This document shows, in pieces, positions 32,608 to 44,236 of a stretch of DNA of 48,818 nucleotides (position 1 is the first letter of the stretch; every line of letters begins with the position of its first letter). The translations under genes were made by a program, and so were the position numbers. The notes under the pieces were generated by a model. That model did not search any database. It saw only the letters and a program-made list of their open reading frames with translations, and had not been told where the DNA came from. This stretch comes from Syntrophobacterales bacterium GWC2_56_13 (GTDB lineage: Bacteria > Desulfobacterota > Syntrophia > Syntrophales > UBA5619): NCBI GenBank assembly GCA_001830835.1, contig MICJ01000009.1:1-48818 (forward strand), in the 5' to 3' direction.

Positions 32608-34118
32608 GCTTCACCGAAGACCAGGGCCTGAAACGTGGAGAACCTCGCCCCCTCCCTCCAGGCCCCGGGAGGGAGTCCGGCCTTCAGGCTGAGTTGATCC
32701 AGCATTTCATCCCTTCCCCACCCCTGTTCCGGGGCGACCTGGGGGAGAAAGACCGCCGAGCGCCCTCCCTTCTGAAGGAGGACGCCGTCCCTGCCGACGA
32801 CAATGTCGCCGGGGCCGGAGACCGGTTTCATGGGCGTCAGGACGGAGATTTCGATCTCCAGCTTTGGCACCTCCTCCAGAGCGACATGGCGGAAGCGGGG
32901 ATCCTCGAAGGCGGACTGGAGGGCCATCGCTCCGACGAGGGTGGCAAGCGGCCGGTCCGGGATCATCCTCCCTATGCAGCCGCGCAGATTCCCGTGCTTC
33001 TTCAGGGTGACGAAGACCCCGCGCTGTTCCATCGCGGCGGGACTGAACCCCCTGGGCAGGGGGACCATCTGCGTCGTCAGGTAGCGGGAGATCGTCTCCC
33101 GGGCGAGGGCGAGGAGCGCCCTCTTGTCTTCGGGCGTGAGGTGTCGGTCGACAGCGGGTACAACCGGAGCGGCCTCTTTGGCGGGTTCCAGGCCGGACCC
33201 CAGAACGACCGCGCCGTAGCCGACGACGCGCTCCTGTTCCCCGATGGGGAGATCCCCTGAGTGGGCGTAGCTGATGATCCTCCCGCCGGTCGCGCCCATG
33301 GCCTTCGCGGCGGCCATCGCCGCCATGATCGGGGCCTCGCCGCAGGCGCTTGTGGAGAGGTTCGGGATGCGGCGGGCCGCCTGCGCCTGAATGGCGGCGT
33401 GGAGCACCGCCGGATCGAGGGAGAGGATCGCCGCCAGCGTCTTTCCGTCTACAATCTCCGCATCCGCCGCCGATGGGTAATGGGAGAGATCGGAGCTCGC
33501 GACGATGAGCGCCCGGCGCCCTTTCAGGACCTGGGCCAGGGCGGCGCCGAAGTGGTTAAAGAGGGCCGCATCCGCCTCACCGACGATCGCTGGGACGATC
33601 TTTGCCTTCGGAAAAAGGACCTGGAGGAAGGGAACCTGGACCTCGACCGAATGTTCGTGGGCGTGGGGCGCCGCGTCGGCCTTACAGTCGGGGTTGGCCG
33701 CCAGGAGCGCCGAGACGATCTCTCCGTCCACCGGGGCGGTTCCCAGGGGGGTCCGGAAGCCGCCGCCCGGGTAGAGGGCGATCTTCCGGAGGCCGGGGGC
33801 CGTGTGGTTGGTGCCCAGGATGACGACGATGTCGTAGGGCCGGTTCCTGACCTGGCTGTAGCCGTCGGCGCAGATCTGGCCGGAGTAGATATAGCCGGCA
33901 TGGGGGACGACGATGGCGAGAGGTTCCCTTGCCTGTGCCGGCAGGGCGTCCTGCATGAATTTTTCAATGGCGAGCCTGAGGACGGACGCTGATTCCGGGT
34001 AGAACTTCCCGGCCACGGCGGGGGGACGGACCTCGCCCCCTCCCTTTCCCGCCTGGCAGGCCACGGTGAGCCCCAGGCTGAAGGAGACGAACGGCATACC
34101 GATTTGCATGAAACTCAT
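32604..34118 (-). CDS. Fusion of a Memo-like domain (AmmeMemoRadiSam protein B) and an AMMECR1 domain (protein A), with an N-terminal signal-like segment
   Basis: The N-terminal half (PPAVAGKFYPE, VVPHAGYIYSG, SSDLSHY) is Memo-like. The C-terminal half (GVFVTLKKHGNLRGCIG, AFEDPRF, SAVFLPQV) is AMMECR1-like. The leader is MSFMQIGMPFVSFSLGLTVACQAG. There is a 4-nt overlap with the M28 peptidase gene. Confidence 0.85.
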   Translation of the reverse strand: MSFMQIGMPFVSFSLGLTVACQAGKGGGEVRPPAVAGKFYPESASVLRLAIEKFMQDALPAQAREPLAIVVPHAGYIYSGQICADGYSQVRNRPYDIVVILGTNHTAPGLRKIALYPGGGFRTPLGTAPVDGEIVSALLAANPDCKADAAPHAHEHSVEVQVPFLQVLFPKAKIVPAIVGEADAALFNHFGAALAQVLKGRRALIVASSDLSHYPSAADAEIVDGKTLAAILSLDPAVLHAAIQAQAARRIPNLSTSACGEAPIMAAMAAAKAMGATGGRIISYAHSGDLPIGEQERVVGYGAVVLGSGLEPAKEAAPVVPAVDRHLTPEDKRALLALARETISRYLTTQMVPLPRGFSPAAMEQRGVFVTLKKHGNLRGCIGRMIPDRPLATLVGAMALQSAFEDPRFRHVALEEVPKLEIEISVLTPMKPVSGPGDIVVGRDGVLLQKGGRSAVFLPQVAPEQGWGRDEMLDQLSLKAGLPPGAWREGARFSTFQALVFGEA

Positions 34119-34278
34119 AGCGGATCTCCTTTCGAGACTTCTGAAATGTGTCTTTTTGTGTCATTCCCGCTCAGCTCCAGACGCCGGCGATCTTCCCGCG
34201 GCAGAATGTGCAGCGGCCCCCTTTATGCGAGACCGCTCAGGCGGATGCAACGGCGGAAAGCCGGCTTTCCCTCCGGAT

Positions 34279-35277
34279 TCACCCCGCGGGCTCGTTCAGG
34301 CCGCAGGCGGCCGCACCGATCAGGGCGACCTTCGGGTTGAGGATCGCATGAACAGGTATTCGCTCCATAAGATGCGAAAAACGCCCTTTGCGGAGGAAGG
34401 CTTCCATGAACGGTCCGCTGCCCAGAATGTTTGCGAGACGGATCGGGATGCCGCCCCCCAGATAGATGCCGCCCGTCGCCATGACCTTCAGGGCCAGATT
34501 GCCCGCCTCGGCGCCGAGGATGGAAACGAACAGATCTATGGTTTCCCGGCAGAGCCGGCAGGGACTGACCGGATCGAGCGCCGCCTCGATGATGATCGGA
34601 GTTTGGTCCTCCGTCCGGGCGAGCTTTTCCAAGACCCGGTTGGGCTCCGCGGCGAAGCGAGCCTCCTTCATGTATTCGTAGACATTGGGGATGCCGAGTC
34701 CGGAACAGACCCGTTCGTAACTGACATGCGGGTAGCGGCGGAGGAGGTATTGCAGCAATCCGATCTCCAGATCGTTGGTCGGTGCGAAGTCGGCGTGTCC
34801 CCCTTCCGAGGAGTGGGCCCGGTAACTCTCCCCCTCGCGGGTCAGAAACCCCTCTCCGAGGCCGGTTCCGGGGGCGATGATCCCCAGTGCCCCGCCGGGG
34901 GCGGCCTTGCCTTCGTGGAGCATCAGCAGATCCCCCTTTTGCAGAAGGGGAACACCCCAGGCCATTGCCTCCAGGTCATTGAGCAGGCGGGCCGAACGGA
35001 CCCGCAATGTCCGGGTCAGTTCCTCCGTGCGGATCACCCAGGGGAGGTTGGTGGCGGCTGCCTCCTTGCCGAGGACGGGGCCTGCGATGCCGAAGACGGC
35101 GTGGTCGGCCGTCATGCCCGCCCGGGCCAGAAACTTCGTGACGATCTCCGTGAGGCTGCTGTAACCGGCGTTGGGAAAGGTTTCTTCGTGAAGCGGTGCG
35201 TGGGGGCCGGCCTCCCGGGAGTATAACCCCAGGTTCGTCTTCGTTCCCCCGATGTCGCCGGCGATGAGCATGGTCAT
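34279..35277 (-). CDS. glk: Glucokinase
   Basis: LIAGDIGGTKTNLGLY, GIAGPV, NLPWVI, LNDLEAMAWG, GTGLGEG, EGGHADFAP and ATGGIYLGGGI. Confidence 0.9.
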   Translation of the reverse strand: MTMLIAGDIGGTKTNLGLYSREAGPHAPLHEETFPNAGYSSLTEIVTKFLARAGMTADHAVFGIAGPVLGKEAAATNLPWVIRTEELTRTLRVRSARLLNDLEAMAWGVPLLQKGDLLMLHEGKAAPGGALGIIAPGTGLGEGFLTREGESYRAHSSEGGHADFAPTNDLEIGLLQYLLRRYPHVSYERVCSGLGIPNVYEYMKEARFAAEPNRVLEKLARTEDQTPIIIEAALDPVSPCRLCRETIDLFVSILGAEAGNLALKVMATGGIYLGGGIPIRLANILGSGPFMEAFLRKGRFSHLMERIPVHAILNPKVALIGAAACGLNEPAG

Positions 35278-35298
35278 GATCCTCTGGTGCGCCCCTGA

Positions 35299-35400
35299 TC
35301 ATCCGCCGAAGCGGGGCGGCCGCTTCTCCAGAAAGGCCTTCAACCCCTCCTGACCGTCGGGATGGTCGGCGCAGCGGCCAAACCCCCGGCGCAGAATACC
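35299..35400 (-). pseudogene. Possible 33-codon 3' remnant of an enoyl-CoA hydratase (crotonase) gene
   Basis: Manual translation gives GILRRGFGRCADHPDGQEGLKAFLEKRPPRFGG*. The xEGxxAFxEKRxPxF ending is the typical crotonase C-terminus. The upstream in-frame sequence is not crotonase-like. Confidence 0.35.
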
Positions 35401-35502
35401 TTCACCTTTTCGCTGCCCCCTCTCCGGAGGCCGGGAAACACAATAAGGATGAGAAATTGTCACGGAGACAGGATCTTAGATAGCACTGCAGGCGACGGTC
35501 AG

Positions 35503-35685
35503 TCAAGGAGAAAAAGCCCGCTCTTCGCTGACATCTTCCGTTTCCTGATCTTCGGTCCGGACGACGGATTCCGGGGCTGCCTTCAGTTGCTTCGCCTCGG
35601 CTCGGCGGGCCGCCTTTTCTTCTTTTTTCTGCCGTTTGGCGATTTCTTTCTGCCATTTCTCGAAGGTGAATTTCGTTCTCGCCAT
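35503..35685 (-). CDS. Small (60 aa) Lys/Glu-rich hypothetical protein
   Basis: A good SD (GGAGGG, 7 nt before the ATG). The sequence is MARTKFTFEKWQKEIAKRQKKEEKAARRAEAKQLK.... No family was recognised. Confidence 0.4.
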   Translation of the reverse strand: MARTKFTFEKWQKEIAKRQKKEEKAARRAEAKQLKAAPESVVRTEDQETEDVSEERAFSP

Positions 35686-35807
35686 TCAAAGCCCTCCTGC
35701 CTTTCAATCGTTTCAAAAAATTGACCGGGAGCTTTAACCCGAAGCCCCGCCGGCAAAAATGTTCCATGCCGGACATCCCCGCCCTGCGGATGTGGGAGCC
35801 TCGCCTA

Positions 35808-35855
35808 ATAAAAAGAGGCGCCCCGGCACCATTCTCGGGCGCCGGAGTGCCTCTT
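35808..35855 (-). terminator. Candidate intrinsic terminator downstream of cspA
   Basis: Imperfect GC-rich hairpin (GAGGC..CCGGC arms) followed on the minus strand by CTCTTTTTATT. Confidence 0.45.
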
Positions 35856-35873
35856 CTGTTCTACGGACTCAAA

Positions 35874-36074
35874 TTATAGGGCCCTTACGTTTTCCGCGGC
35901 CGGGCCTTTCTTGCCCTGCGCAACGTCGAAACTGACGCGCTGACCCTCGGCTAAAGTCTTGAAACCGCCGGCCTGAATGGCGCTGTAGTGAACGAACACG
36001 TCGCCGCCTTCGGCCTTCTCGATGAAGCCGAAGCCCTTCTGCTCATTGAACCACTTCACTGTACCTTCTGACAT
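35874..36074 (-). CDS. cspA: Cold-shock protein (CspA family, 66 aa)
   Basis: [18 protein letters not shown]...DVFVHYSAI carries the RNP1/RNP2 motifs. A GGAGG SD lies 9 nt upstream. The track ORF start at 36212 was rejected. Confidence 0.95.
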   Translation of the reverse strand: MSEGTVKWFNEQKGFGFIEKAEGGDVFVHYSAIQAGGFKTLAEGQRVSFDVAQGKKGPAAENVRAL

Positions 36075-36409
36075 CTTGTGCATCCTCCTTTCTAAAAATT
36101 TTTTCACAGTCGGATGAACACGATGACCAAAAGTAAAAAACCGCCAAGACTCTTGGGGAGCATGGCGGCAGCCTTTGCACTTCAAAATGTCTCTATCCAA
36201 CTCTTCCCGCACCCTGACCGACCAGACTGGTAACCAGGATGCGATGCACTTATATGGTTATCCCCGGGGGAAAGTCAAGGTTTATTTTTAATTTTAGCCG
36301 GACCTCAACTGGTGCACGACCGTCTGCCCGGCCTGTCTGTAGCGGGTGGCGTCACGCGGTTTACTATGATCATTCAAGGTAACCCGGACCGGCGGAGTGG
36401 GAATTCCGG

Positions 36410-36916
36410 TCATACTGGCGTCGCTGGACCCCGGTTGCGTTCGAAGCGCTGCTCGAAGACACGGGCGCCCCATTGTTCGCCCTCCCCCTGGGAGACGAGA
36501 CGGAAACCGGACGCCTCGTAGAGGTGACGGGCAGTGTCGAGGCCCGCAAATGTCCAGAGGACGGTCCGGCGGTAGGCCTGCCGGTCGCAGAAGGATACCG
36601 CCTCCCCCAGGAGACGCCGGCCCCACCCCTGCTCCCTAAAATCGGGAGAGATGATGAACCAGCGGAGGTGTGCCCCCTTGGTCGCCGCCTCCAGGCCGTC
36701 TATGGCGATCGCCCCCTCCACACGTTCTCCTCGCAGAACCGTCCAGAAGCCGTCGCGCTCTTTTTCGAAGCGGCAGAGGAACTCCGCTACCTCTGTTGCG
36801 ACCTTGGCCTCGAAGAAAAGGCCGAACCCCCAGTGGCGGTGGTAATACTCCGCATGCATTTCAGCGATGCGGCCGATCGCCCCCGGAACATAGCCGCCGA
36901 TCTCAACACGCATCAT
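36410..36916 (-). CDS. GNAT-family N-acetyltransferase
   Basis: RWFIISPDFREQGWGRRLLGEAVSF...ARHLYEASGFRLV is the acetyl-CoA-binding motif A region. Confidence 0.8.
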   Translation of the reverse strand: MMRVEIGGYVPGAIGRIAEMHAEYYHRHWGFGLFFEAKVATEVAEFLCRFEKERDGFWTVLRGERVEGAIAIDGLEAATKGAHLRWFIISPDFREQGWGRRLLGEAVSFCDRQAYRRTVLWTFAGLDTARHLYEASGFRLVSQGEGEQWGARVFEQRFERNRGPATPV

Positions 36917-37155
36917 GACATCCTCATGGATTGACGGGAAATGCCTGCAAAATTTACCGCTTCAGGCGAGTGGAGCCTTTCGAGCGGCTGACTCCATTAA
37001 GCAGATCCTTTTAGATGGTGATTTATTACCACGATCCCGCCTTCTTTTCAAAGGCGAAATGTGATACCCACAGCGCCGGGAGGACTTTTCAAAGTTAAGA
37101 ATAAGTATCCTGACCGTTCATTATGATTGATGAATAAAAAATAATTAAAATTTGC

Positions 37156-37183
37156 TTGACAGGGGCGTTTCCCTGAGTACAAT
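37156..37183 (+). promoter_or_regulatory. Sigma70-like promoter candidate for the metY operon
   Basis: TTGACA (37156-37161), 16-nt spacer, TACAAT (37178-37183), preceded by an AT-rich tract. Confidence 0.55.
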
Positions 37184-37442
37184 GTCTGTGGCTTTAGTAG
37201 ACCCATCGTTCTGTGAGCGCTCCAGTTCCTGTATCTCCAGAGACATCTGGAGGGAGGCTTCGAATAATCTGCAGCAGACGCTGGAAAACATGACACTGGC
37301 CGCAATGGTGTCCCGACAGAAAGAGAAGAGACAAGATGAAACAGGGCAATAATTTGATTAACATGATGATGTGCATGTGCTATTATACCGGACGGGGAGG
37401 TCTGTTCATGTGAAGATCTGTTATAGCATTCATGGACGTGAC

Positions 37443-38830
<1,388 letters not shown>

Positions 38831-38999
38831 GCAGGCAGATATGAAATGGGGGAAAAAGGGGCGCTGTCCCCATATTTCCCCTTGCCGGAAAGCACCGCCC
38901 TGTGGGGGAGAGCTTCGTAAGATGAATAGAAAACTGGTCTTCACGAGAGGGGAAAAGATCCCCCGCCGATGGAGGCCCCTTCCAGAAAGGAACAAAACA

Positions 39000-39926
39000 A
39001 TGAAGATCTATGAAGATATCACGAAAACAGTCGGCCATACGCCGCTCATCCGCCTGAACCGGATGGCCTTGGGAAGCCGGGCCGAGGTGGTCGTCAAACT
39101 GGAATCCTTCAACCCCCTCTCCAGCGTGAAGGACCGGATCGGCGTCGCCATGATCGACGATGCCGAGAGAAAGGGACTGCTGAAGAAAGGGTCGGTCCTC
39201 ATAGAGCCGACGAGCGGGAACACGGGGATCTCCCTCGCCTTTGTGGCGGCGGCGCGAGGTTACCGCTTGATCCTGACCATGCCCGATACGATGAGCATAG
39301 AGAGACGGCAGCTCTTGACAATCTTCGGCGCGGAGCTCGTTCTCACGCCCGGGGCCGAGGGGATGAAAGGCGCCATTCGGAAGGCGGAAGAGCTGGCAGC
39401 CGAGACGCCCGGGGCGTTGATTCCCCAGCAGTTCAACAATCCGGCAAATCCGGAGATCCACCGACAAACGACCGCCGAAGAGATCTGGGACGACACGGAC
39501 GGCCGGGCGGATATCCTGGTGTCCGGTATCGGGACGGGGGGCACTCTGACTGGCGTTTCCGAGGTTATAAAAAAGAGGAAACCTGAGTTTAAGGCGATCG
39601 CCGTCGAGCCGGAAGATTCTCCCGTTCTATCGGGCGGCCAGCCTGGACCGCACAAGATCCAGGGGATCGGTGCGGGTTTTGTTCCCGGCGTTCTCAACCG
39701 GGAGATGATCGACGAGGTGATCAAGGTCTCCAATGAGAATGCGGGGATCACCACCCGGCGTCTGGCGCGAGAGGAGGGGATCCTGGCCGGCGTCTCCAGC
39801 GGCGCCGCCCTCTGGGCGGGCCTTGAACTCGCCAAAAGGCCTGAAAACAAGGGGAAAATGATCGTGGTCGTTCTCCCCGACACGGGAGAGCGTTATCTCT
39901 CGACTTGGCTGTTCAAGGAATCATGA
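39000..39926 (+). CDS. cysK: Cysteine synthase A (O-acetylserine sulfhydrylase)
   Basis: [46 protein letters not shown] and SSGAA. The start was chosen at ATG 39000 (MKIYEDIT). Confidence 0.9.
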   Translation: MKIYEDITKTVGHTPLIRLNRMALGSRAEVVVKLESFNPLSSVKDRIGVAMIDDAERKGLLKKGSVLIEPTSGNTGISLAFVAAARGYRLILTMPDTMSIERRQLLTIFGAELVLTPGAEGMKGAIRKAEELAAETPGALIPQQFNNPANPEIHRQTTAEEIWDDTDGRADILVSGIGTGGTLTGVSEVIKKRKPEFKAIAVEPEDSPVLSGGQPGPHKIQGIGAGFVPGVLNREMIDEVIKVSNENAGITTRRLAREEGILAGVSSGAALWAGLELAKRPENKGKMIVVVLPDTGERYLSTWLFKES

Positions 39927-39948
39927 CGGGGAATTAAGGAAAGGACAT

Positions 39949-41145
39949 ATGGAATCCTTATTGAAAACGGAAACCCAATCCACGGAAACGGGACCGGAGG
40001 GCGACTGCCACTCCCTCGGGATCGTCGAGACGCAGTACTACACCTTCGCCGAGCCGCCCGAGGCGTTGAAGTTGGAGAGCGGCGAGACCCTGGGACCGGT
40101 GACGCTGGCCTATGAAACCTACGGCACGCTGAACCGGGAGAGGTCCAACGCGATCCTCGTTTTGCACGCCCTTTCCGGGGACGCCCACGCCGCCGGGTTT
40201 CACCGGGGAGAAGAGGCCCCGGGGTGGTGGGATGCGATGATCGGGCCGGGGAAGCCCTTCGATACGGACCGCTATTTCGTGATCTGCTCCAACGTGATCG
40301 GGGGATGCAAGGGGAGCACGGGACCCTCTTCGCTTGATCCGCGGACGGGGAAACCCTACGGGGCGGAGTTTCCCTTTATCACGATCGCCGACATGGTCCA
40401 TGCCCAACGACATCTGATCGATTTTTTAGGGATCGAAAAGCTGCTCTGCGTGGCGGGCGGTTCAATGGGAGGGATGCAGGCCCTCCAGTGGGTGGCCTCC
40501 TATCCGGAGCGGGTGCGGTCCGCCATCCCCGTCGCCACGGCGCTGAAACATTCACCCCAGCAGATCGCCTTCAACGAGGTGGGCCGGCAGTCCATCATGG
40601 CCGATCCGGCCTGGCGGGAGGGGAATTACTACGAGACCGGCCAGCCGGAGAGGGGGCTCTCCGTGGCCCGGATGATCGGCCACATCACCTTCATGAGCGA
40701 CCGGTCGATGGAGGCGAAATTTTCCCGGAAGCTCAAGAAGGGCAAGCTGAGCTTCAATTTCGATGCAGACTTCGAGGTGGAGGGGTACCTCCGCTACCGG
40801 GGGGCGAATTTTGTCAAGCGGTTCGATGCGAATTCCTACCTCTATATCACGAAAGCGATGGATTACTTCGATCTCTCAGGGGGAAAACTGATCAACGGCC
40901 GGGCTGTCGACACCCGCTTTCTGGTCATCTCCTTTCAGTCGGACTGGCTCTATCCCGCTTATCAGTCCCAGGAGATCGTCCGGCAGCTGAAGCTCAAACA
41001 GGTGGATGCGACCTACTGCGAGCTGAAATCGACTTACGGTCACGACGCCTTTTTAGTGGAACTGGAGGGACAGACGACCCTTATCCACCATTTCCTGGAG
41101 AAGACGTATCTCGGGGAGAGGAATGGAAATGGAAATCATCGATAA
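39949..41145 (+). CDS. metX: Homoserine O-acetyltransferase
   Basis: [61 protein letters not shown] and YGHDAFL. Confidence 0.9.
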   Translation: MESLLKTETQSTETGPEGDCHSLGIVETQYYTFAEPPEALKLESGETLGPVTLAYETYGTLNRERSNAILVLHALSGDAHAAGFHRGEEAPGWWDAMIGPGKPFDTDRYFVICSNVIGGCKGSTGPSSLDPRTGKPYGAEFPFITIADMVHAQRHLIDFLGIEKLLCVAGGSMGGMQALQWVASYPERVRSAIPVATALKHSPQQIAFNEVGRQSIMADPAWREGNYYETGQPERGLSVARMIGHITFMSDRSMEAKFSRKLKKGKLSFNFDADFEVEGYLRYRGANFVKRFDANSYLYITKAMDYFDLSGGKLINGRAVDTRFLVISFQSDWLYPAYQSQEIVRQLKLKQVDATYCELKSTYGHDAFLVELEGQTTLIHHFLEKTYLGERNGNGNHR

Positions 41146-41806
41146 CGGCATCCGTCCGGATCATCAGGTCATTTTCGACATGATTGAGCAGGGGGCCCGT
41201 GTTCTGGATCTCGGCTGCGGTACGGGAGACCTGCTCCACCTCCTGGCAGGGGATAAGGACGCCCGTGTCCAGGGGATCGAACTTGACGAGAAAGCGATCT
41301 ACGAGTGCGTCAAAAAAGGGCTCTCCGTATGTCAGAGCGATATCGAAAGCGGCCTTACGGAATATCCCGACGGTTCGTTCGATTATGTCATCCTGAACCA
41401 GAGCCTTCAGGAGATCAAGAAGGTCTCCTTCCTCCTTCGGGAGGCCCTCCGGGTAGGGGAGAAGGTCATCGTCGGGTTTCCCAACTTTGCCCACCTCGAC
41501 GCCCGTTTTTGCCTCTTCTTCGGCGGGAAGGCGCCCATGACGCCGTCCCTCCCCAACCGCTGGTATGAAACCCCCAACGTGCGGTTCCTGAGCATCGGCG
41601 ATTTCCGGAGTTTCTGTGCGGAGAAGGGATTTGCGGTGGAGAAGGCCTGTTTTCTGAACGGGCGGAAAACGATCACATTCTGGCCCAATCTCCGGGCCCT
41701 GAACTCGATCTTTCTCCTGTCCTTGCAGGGGGGGCGACGCCCGTACGGAAAGGGAGATGGCGTTGCCGGCCCCGAAACGCCGCCGGACAGGGAGGCGTCA
41801 GCATGA
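41123..41806 (+). CDS. metW: Methionine biosynthesis protein MetW (SAM-MTase-like)
   Basis: [32 protein letters not shown] and VGFPNFAH. It overlaps the metX 3' end by 23 nt. Confidence 0.85.
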   Translation: MEMEIIDNGIRPDHQVIFDMIEQGARVLDLGCGTGDLLHLLAGDKDARVQGIELDEKAIYECVKKGLSVCQSDIESGLTEYPDGSFDYVILNQSLQEIKKVSFLLREALRVGEKVIVGFPNFAHLDARFCLFFGGKAPMTPSLPNRWYETPNVRFLSIGDFRSFCAEKGFAVEKACFLNGRKTITFWPNLRALNSIFLLSLQGGRRPYGKGDGVAGPETPPDREASA

Positions 41807-41941
41807 ACAATTCCGTTCCGGTCTGAAAAGGAACGATCGGCGGGGTCGGCAGCGGATTTTTTCGAGGGATTTCTTTGACAAAGGCGCTTTCGTGATCTGC
41901 TGATGTAAAAGCATGAAAACGATCAGTTCCGGGATAGTAAG

Positions 41942-43108
41942 ATGAATCAGATCTACATGGACTATGCGGCGACGACGCCGACGGATAATAGAGTGGTCGA
42001 GGCGATGCTGCCCTGCTTCGGGGAGGTCTACGGGAACCCGTCCAGCCTCCACGCCTTCGGTCAGGAGGCGCATGGCGCCATGGAGGAGGCGCGGGCGAAG
42101 ATCGCCGCATTCTTAGGCGCCGAACCGGAGGAAGTCGTCTTCACCAGCGGCGGAACGGAGAGCGACAACTTCGCAGTCAAGGGGGTGGTCTATGCGAACC
42201 GGAAGAAGGGAGACCACATCATCACCTCCGCCATTGAACACCATGCGGTCCTGGAAACCTGCCGTTTCCTGGAGGCGGAAGGGTTCAAGGTGACCTATGT
42301 GCCCGTTGACGGGGACGGCCTTGTCGACCCCGCCTCGGTGGCCGGGGCGATCACGGACAAGACGATCCTGATCTCCGTCATGCATGCCAACAACGAGATC
42401 GGGACGATCCAACCGATTGCCGAGATAGGGAGGCTGGCCCGGGAGAGGGGGGTCTATTTCCATACGGACGCCGTTCAGACCTTCGGCCAACTGCCGTTTA
42501 CGGTGGATGAGCTGAACGTCGATCTTATGAGCGCCTCGGCCCACAAACTCTACGGGCCAAAAGGGGTGGGGCTGCTCTACATCCGGAAGGGGACGCGGAT
42601 CATGCCGTTCATGCACGGCGGGGAGCAGGAGAATGGACGTCGGGCCTCCACCCAGAACGTCCCCGGGATCGTCGGTTTCGGGAAGGCGGTGGAGCTGGCC
42701 AAGGCATCGCTCTCCGAAGAGGCGACGCGGCTGGCCGCCATGAGGGACCGCTTCATCCGGGGGGTGTTCGAACGTCTCGACGGGATCCGCCTGAACGGCC
42801 ATCCCGCGCGGCGGCTGCCGAACAACATCAACCTCTCCGTGGAATCTGTCGAGGGGGAGGGGATGATCCTGAGCCTGGACATGCTGGGGATCGCCTGTTC
42901 GACCGGTTCGGCCTGCTCTTCCTCGAGCCTCGATCCATCGCATGTCCTTCTGGCCATAGGTCTGCCGCATGAGTTCTCCCATGGATCGCTCCGCTTCAGC
43001 CTGGGACGGTACACTCGGGAGAGCGACATCGATGCGGTCCTGGAGACGCTGCCGCAGGTCGTCGGGCGGCTGCGGGCCATGTCGCCGCTCTATGCGGAGA
43101 AGAAGTAA
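41942..43108 (+). CDS. nifS: Class I (NifS/IscS-type) cysteine desulfurase
   Basis: IYMDYAATTP, GNPSSLH, FTSGGTESDN, SAHKLYGPKGVG and ACSTGSACSS. Confidence 0.9.
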   Translation: MNQIYMDYAATTPTDNRVVEAMLPCFGEVYGNPSSLHAFGQEAHGAMEEARAKIAAFLGAEPEEVVFTSGGTESDNFAVKGVVYANRKKGDHIITSAIEHHAVLETCRFLEAEGFKVTYVPVDGDGLVDPASVAGAITDKTILISVMHANNEIGTIQPIAEIGRLARERGVYFHTDAVQTFGQLPFTVDELNVDLMSASAHKLYGPKGVGLLYIRKGTRIMPFMHGGEQENGRRASTQNVPGIVGFGKAVELAKASLSEEATRLAAMRDRFIRGVFERLDGIRLNGHPARRLPNNINLSVESVEGEGMILSLDMLGIACSTGSACSSSSLDPSHVLLAIGLPHEFSHGSLRFSLGRYTRESDIDAVLETLPQVVGRLRAMSPLYAEKK

Positions 43109-43171
43109 GATGCATTTCCGTATTTGAATGTTGTAAGAGATAAAAGAAGTCCGGATGGGGAAGAAGGCGTC

Positions 43172-44236
43172 ATGAAAAAGGTGGTCGTCGCCATGAGCGG
43201 CGGCGTCGATTCCGCCGTGGCGGCCCTTCTTCTTAAGGACCGCGGTCATGAGGTGGTCGGGGTGACCATGTGCCTGGGGGTGGTCCCGGCCGAGGGAGGG
43301 CGGGCGAAGTGCTGCGGCCCCCGGGAGATCGAGGATGCGCGGCGCGTCTGCCGGACCCTCGGGATCCGTCATTATGTCATGGATTTCGCGGCGGATCTGG
43401 AGGAGAATGTCATCCGGCCTTTTGTAGAGGAGTATTGCCGGGGAAGGACGCCCAATCCCTGCGTGGCCTGCAACCGGTCGATCAAATTCGGTTCGTTCCT
43501 TGCAAAGGCGCTGGCCTGGGGCTTTGATGGCATCGCCACGGGTCATTATGCCGGTATCGAACTGGAAAACGGCGCATACCGCCTGAAGAGGCCGAAGGAC
43601 CGCCGGAAGGACCAGACCTATTTCCTCCATGCGATCCCGAAGGAGGCTCTGGCAAAGGTGCTTTTCCCCCTGGCCGAATACACCAAGGAGGAGGTGAGAG
43701 GCTTCGCGAAGAGGGCGGGCCTTCCCGTCTTCGACAAGCCGGAGAGCCAGGACATCTGCTTCATCCCGGCGGAGGGCCATGGCGCTTTTCTCAGGAGCCG
43801 GGGGGCTGGGATCGAACCCGGCGAGATCGCGGACCGGGAGGGGCGGGTCTTAGGCCGGCACCGGGGCATCGCCTGCTACACCATCGGTCAGCGGGGAGGC
43901 CTGGGGATCAGTTCACCGACGCCCCTCTATGTGCTTAAGATCGACGCCGCCCGTAACCGTCTGGTCGTGGGCGAGAAGAGAGAGCTCCGATCGGAGAGCC
44001 TGGTGGCGGATCAGGTCAATTGGCTGGTCGATGCACTCCCGGAGGAGGCCTGGGCCAAAATCCGCTACGCCCACCGGGCGGCAAGATGCAGGATTTCACA
44101 AAATGGCGACCGCCTCGCGGTCCGGTTTGCGGAGCCGCAGGAGGCCGTTTCTCCCGGACAGTCGGTCGTCTTTTATGACGGCGCGACCGTTCTGGGCGGC
44201 GGGGTCATTCAGGAGGTATTTGGTGGAACTCGTTGA
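43172..44236 (+). CDS. mnmA: tRNA-specific 2-thiouridylase
   Basis: VVVAMSGGVDSAVAA (PP-loop), GRTPNPCVACNRSIKF, ATGHYA, KDQTYFL and SQDICF. Confidence 0.9.
   Translation: MKKVVVAMSGGVDSAVAALLLKDRGHEVVGVTMCLGVVPAEGGRAKCCGPREIEDARRVCRTLGIRHYVMDFAADLEENVIRPFVEEYCRGRTPNPCVACNRSIKFGSFLAKALAWGFDGIATGHYAGIELENGAYRLKRPKDRRKDQTYFLHAIPKEALAKVLFPLAEYTKEEVRGFAKRAGLPVFDKPESQDICFIPAEGHGAFLRSRGAGIEPGEIADREGRVLGRHRGIACYTIGQRGGLGISSPTPLYVLKIDAARNRLVVGEKRELRSESLVADQVNWLVDALPEEAWAKIRYAHRAARCRISQNGDRLAVRFAEPQEAVSPGQSVVFYDGATVLGGGVIQEVFGGTR

Noticed and set aside
37228-37345. A confident call of a SAM-I (S-box) riboswitch in the metY leader.
   Set aside because: Only scattered consensus strings match. The AGAG/GGAGGGA region is sequestered in a perfect local hairpin, and the GCAACC and GGUGCCAAUUCC elements are degenerate. 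It is kept only as an unresolved-class attenuator finding.
42113-43780. A 555-aa minus-strand ORF, plus similar long ORFs antisense to real genes: 34066-35226 (+), 46325-47494 (-), 27307-28299 (+), 28302-29219 (+), 47521-48507 (+), 44205-45056 (-), 13821-14630 (-), 37535-38341 (-) and 963-1640 (-).
   Set aside because: They lie opposite ORFs with unmistakable family motifs (NifS/MnmA, Glk, CysE, acyl-CoA synthetase, LarC, transposase, NadA, PduC, MetY, RadC). Their translations are Arg/Gly/Pro/Asp-rich and low in complexity, as expected for stop-poor antisense frames in G+C-rich DNA. No motifs were recognised.
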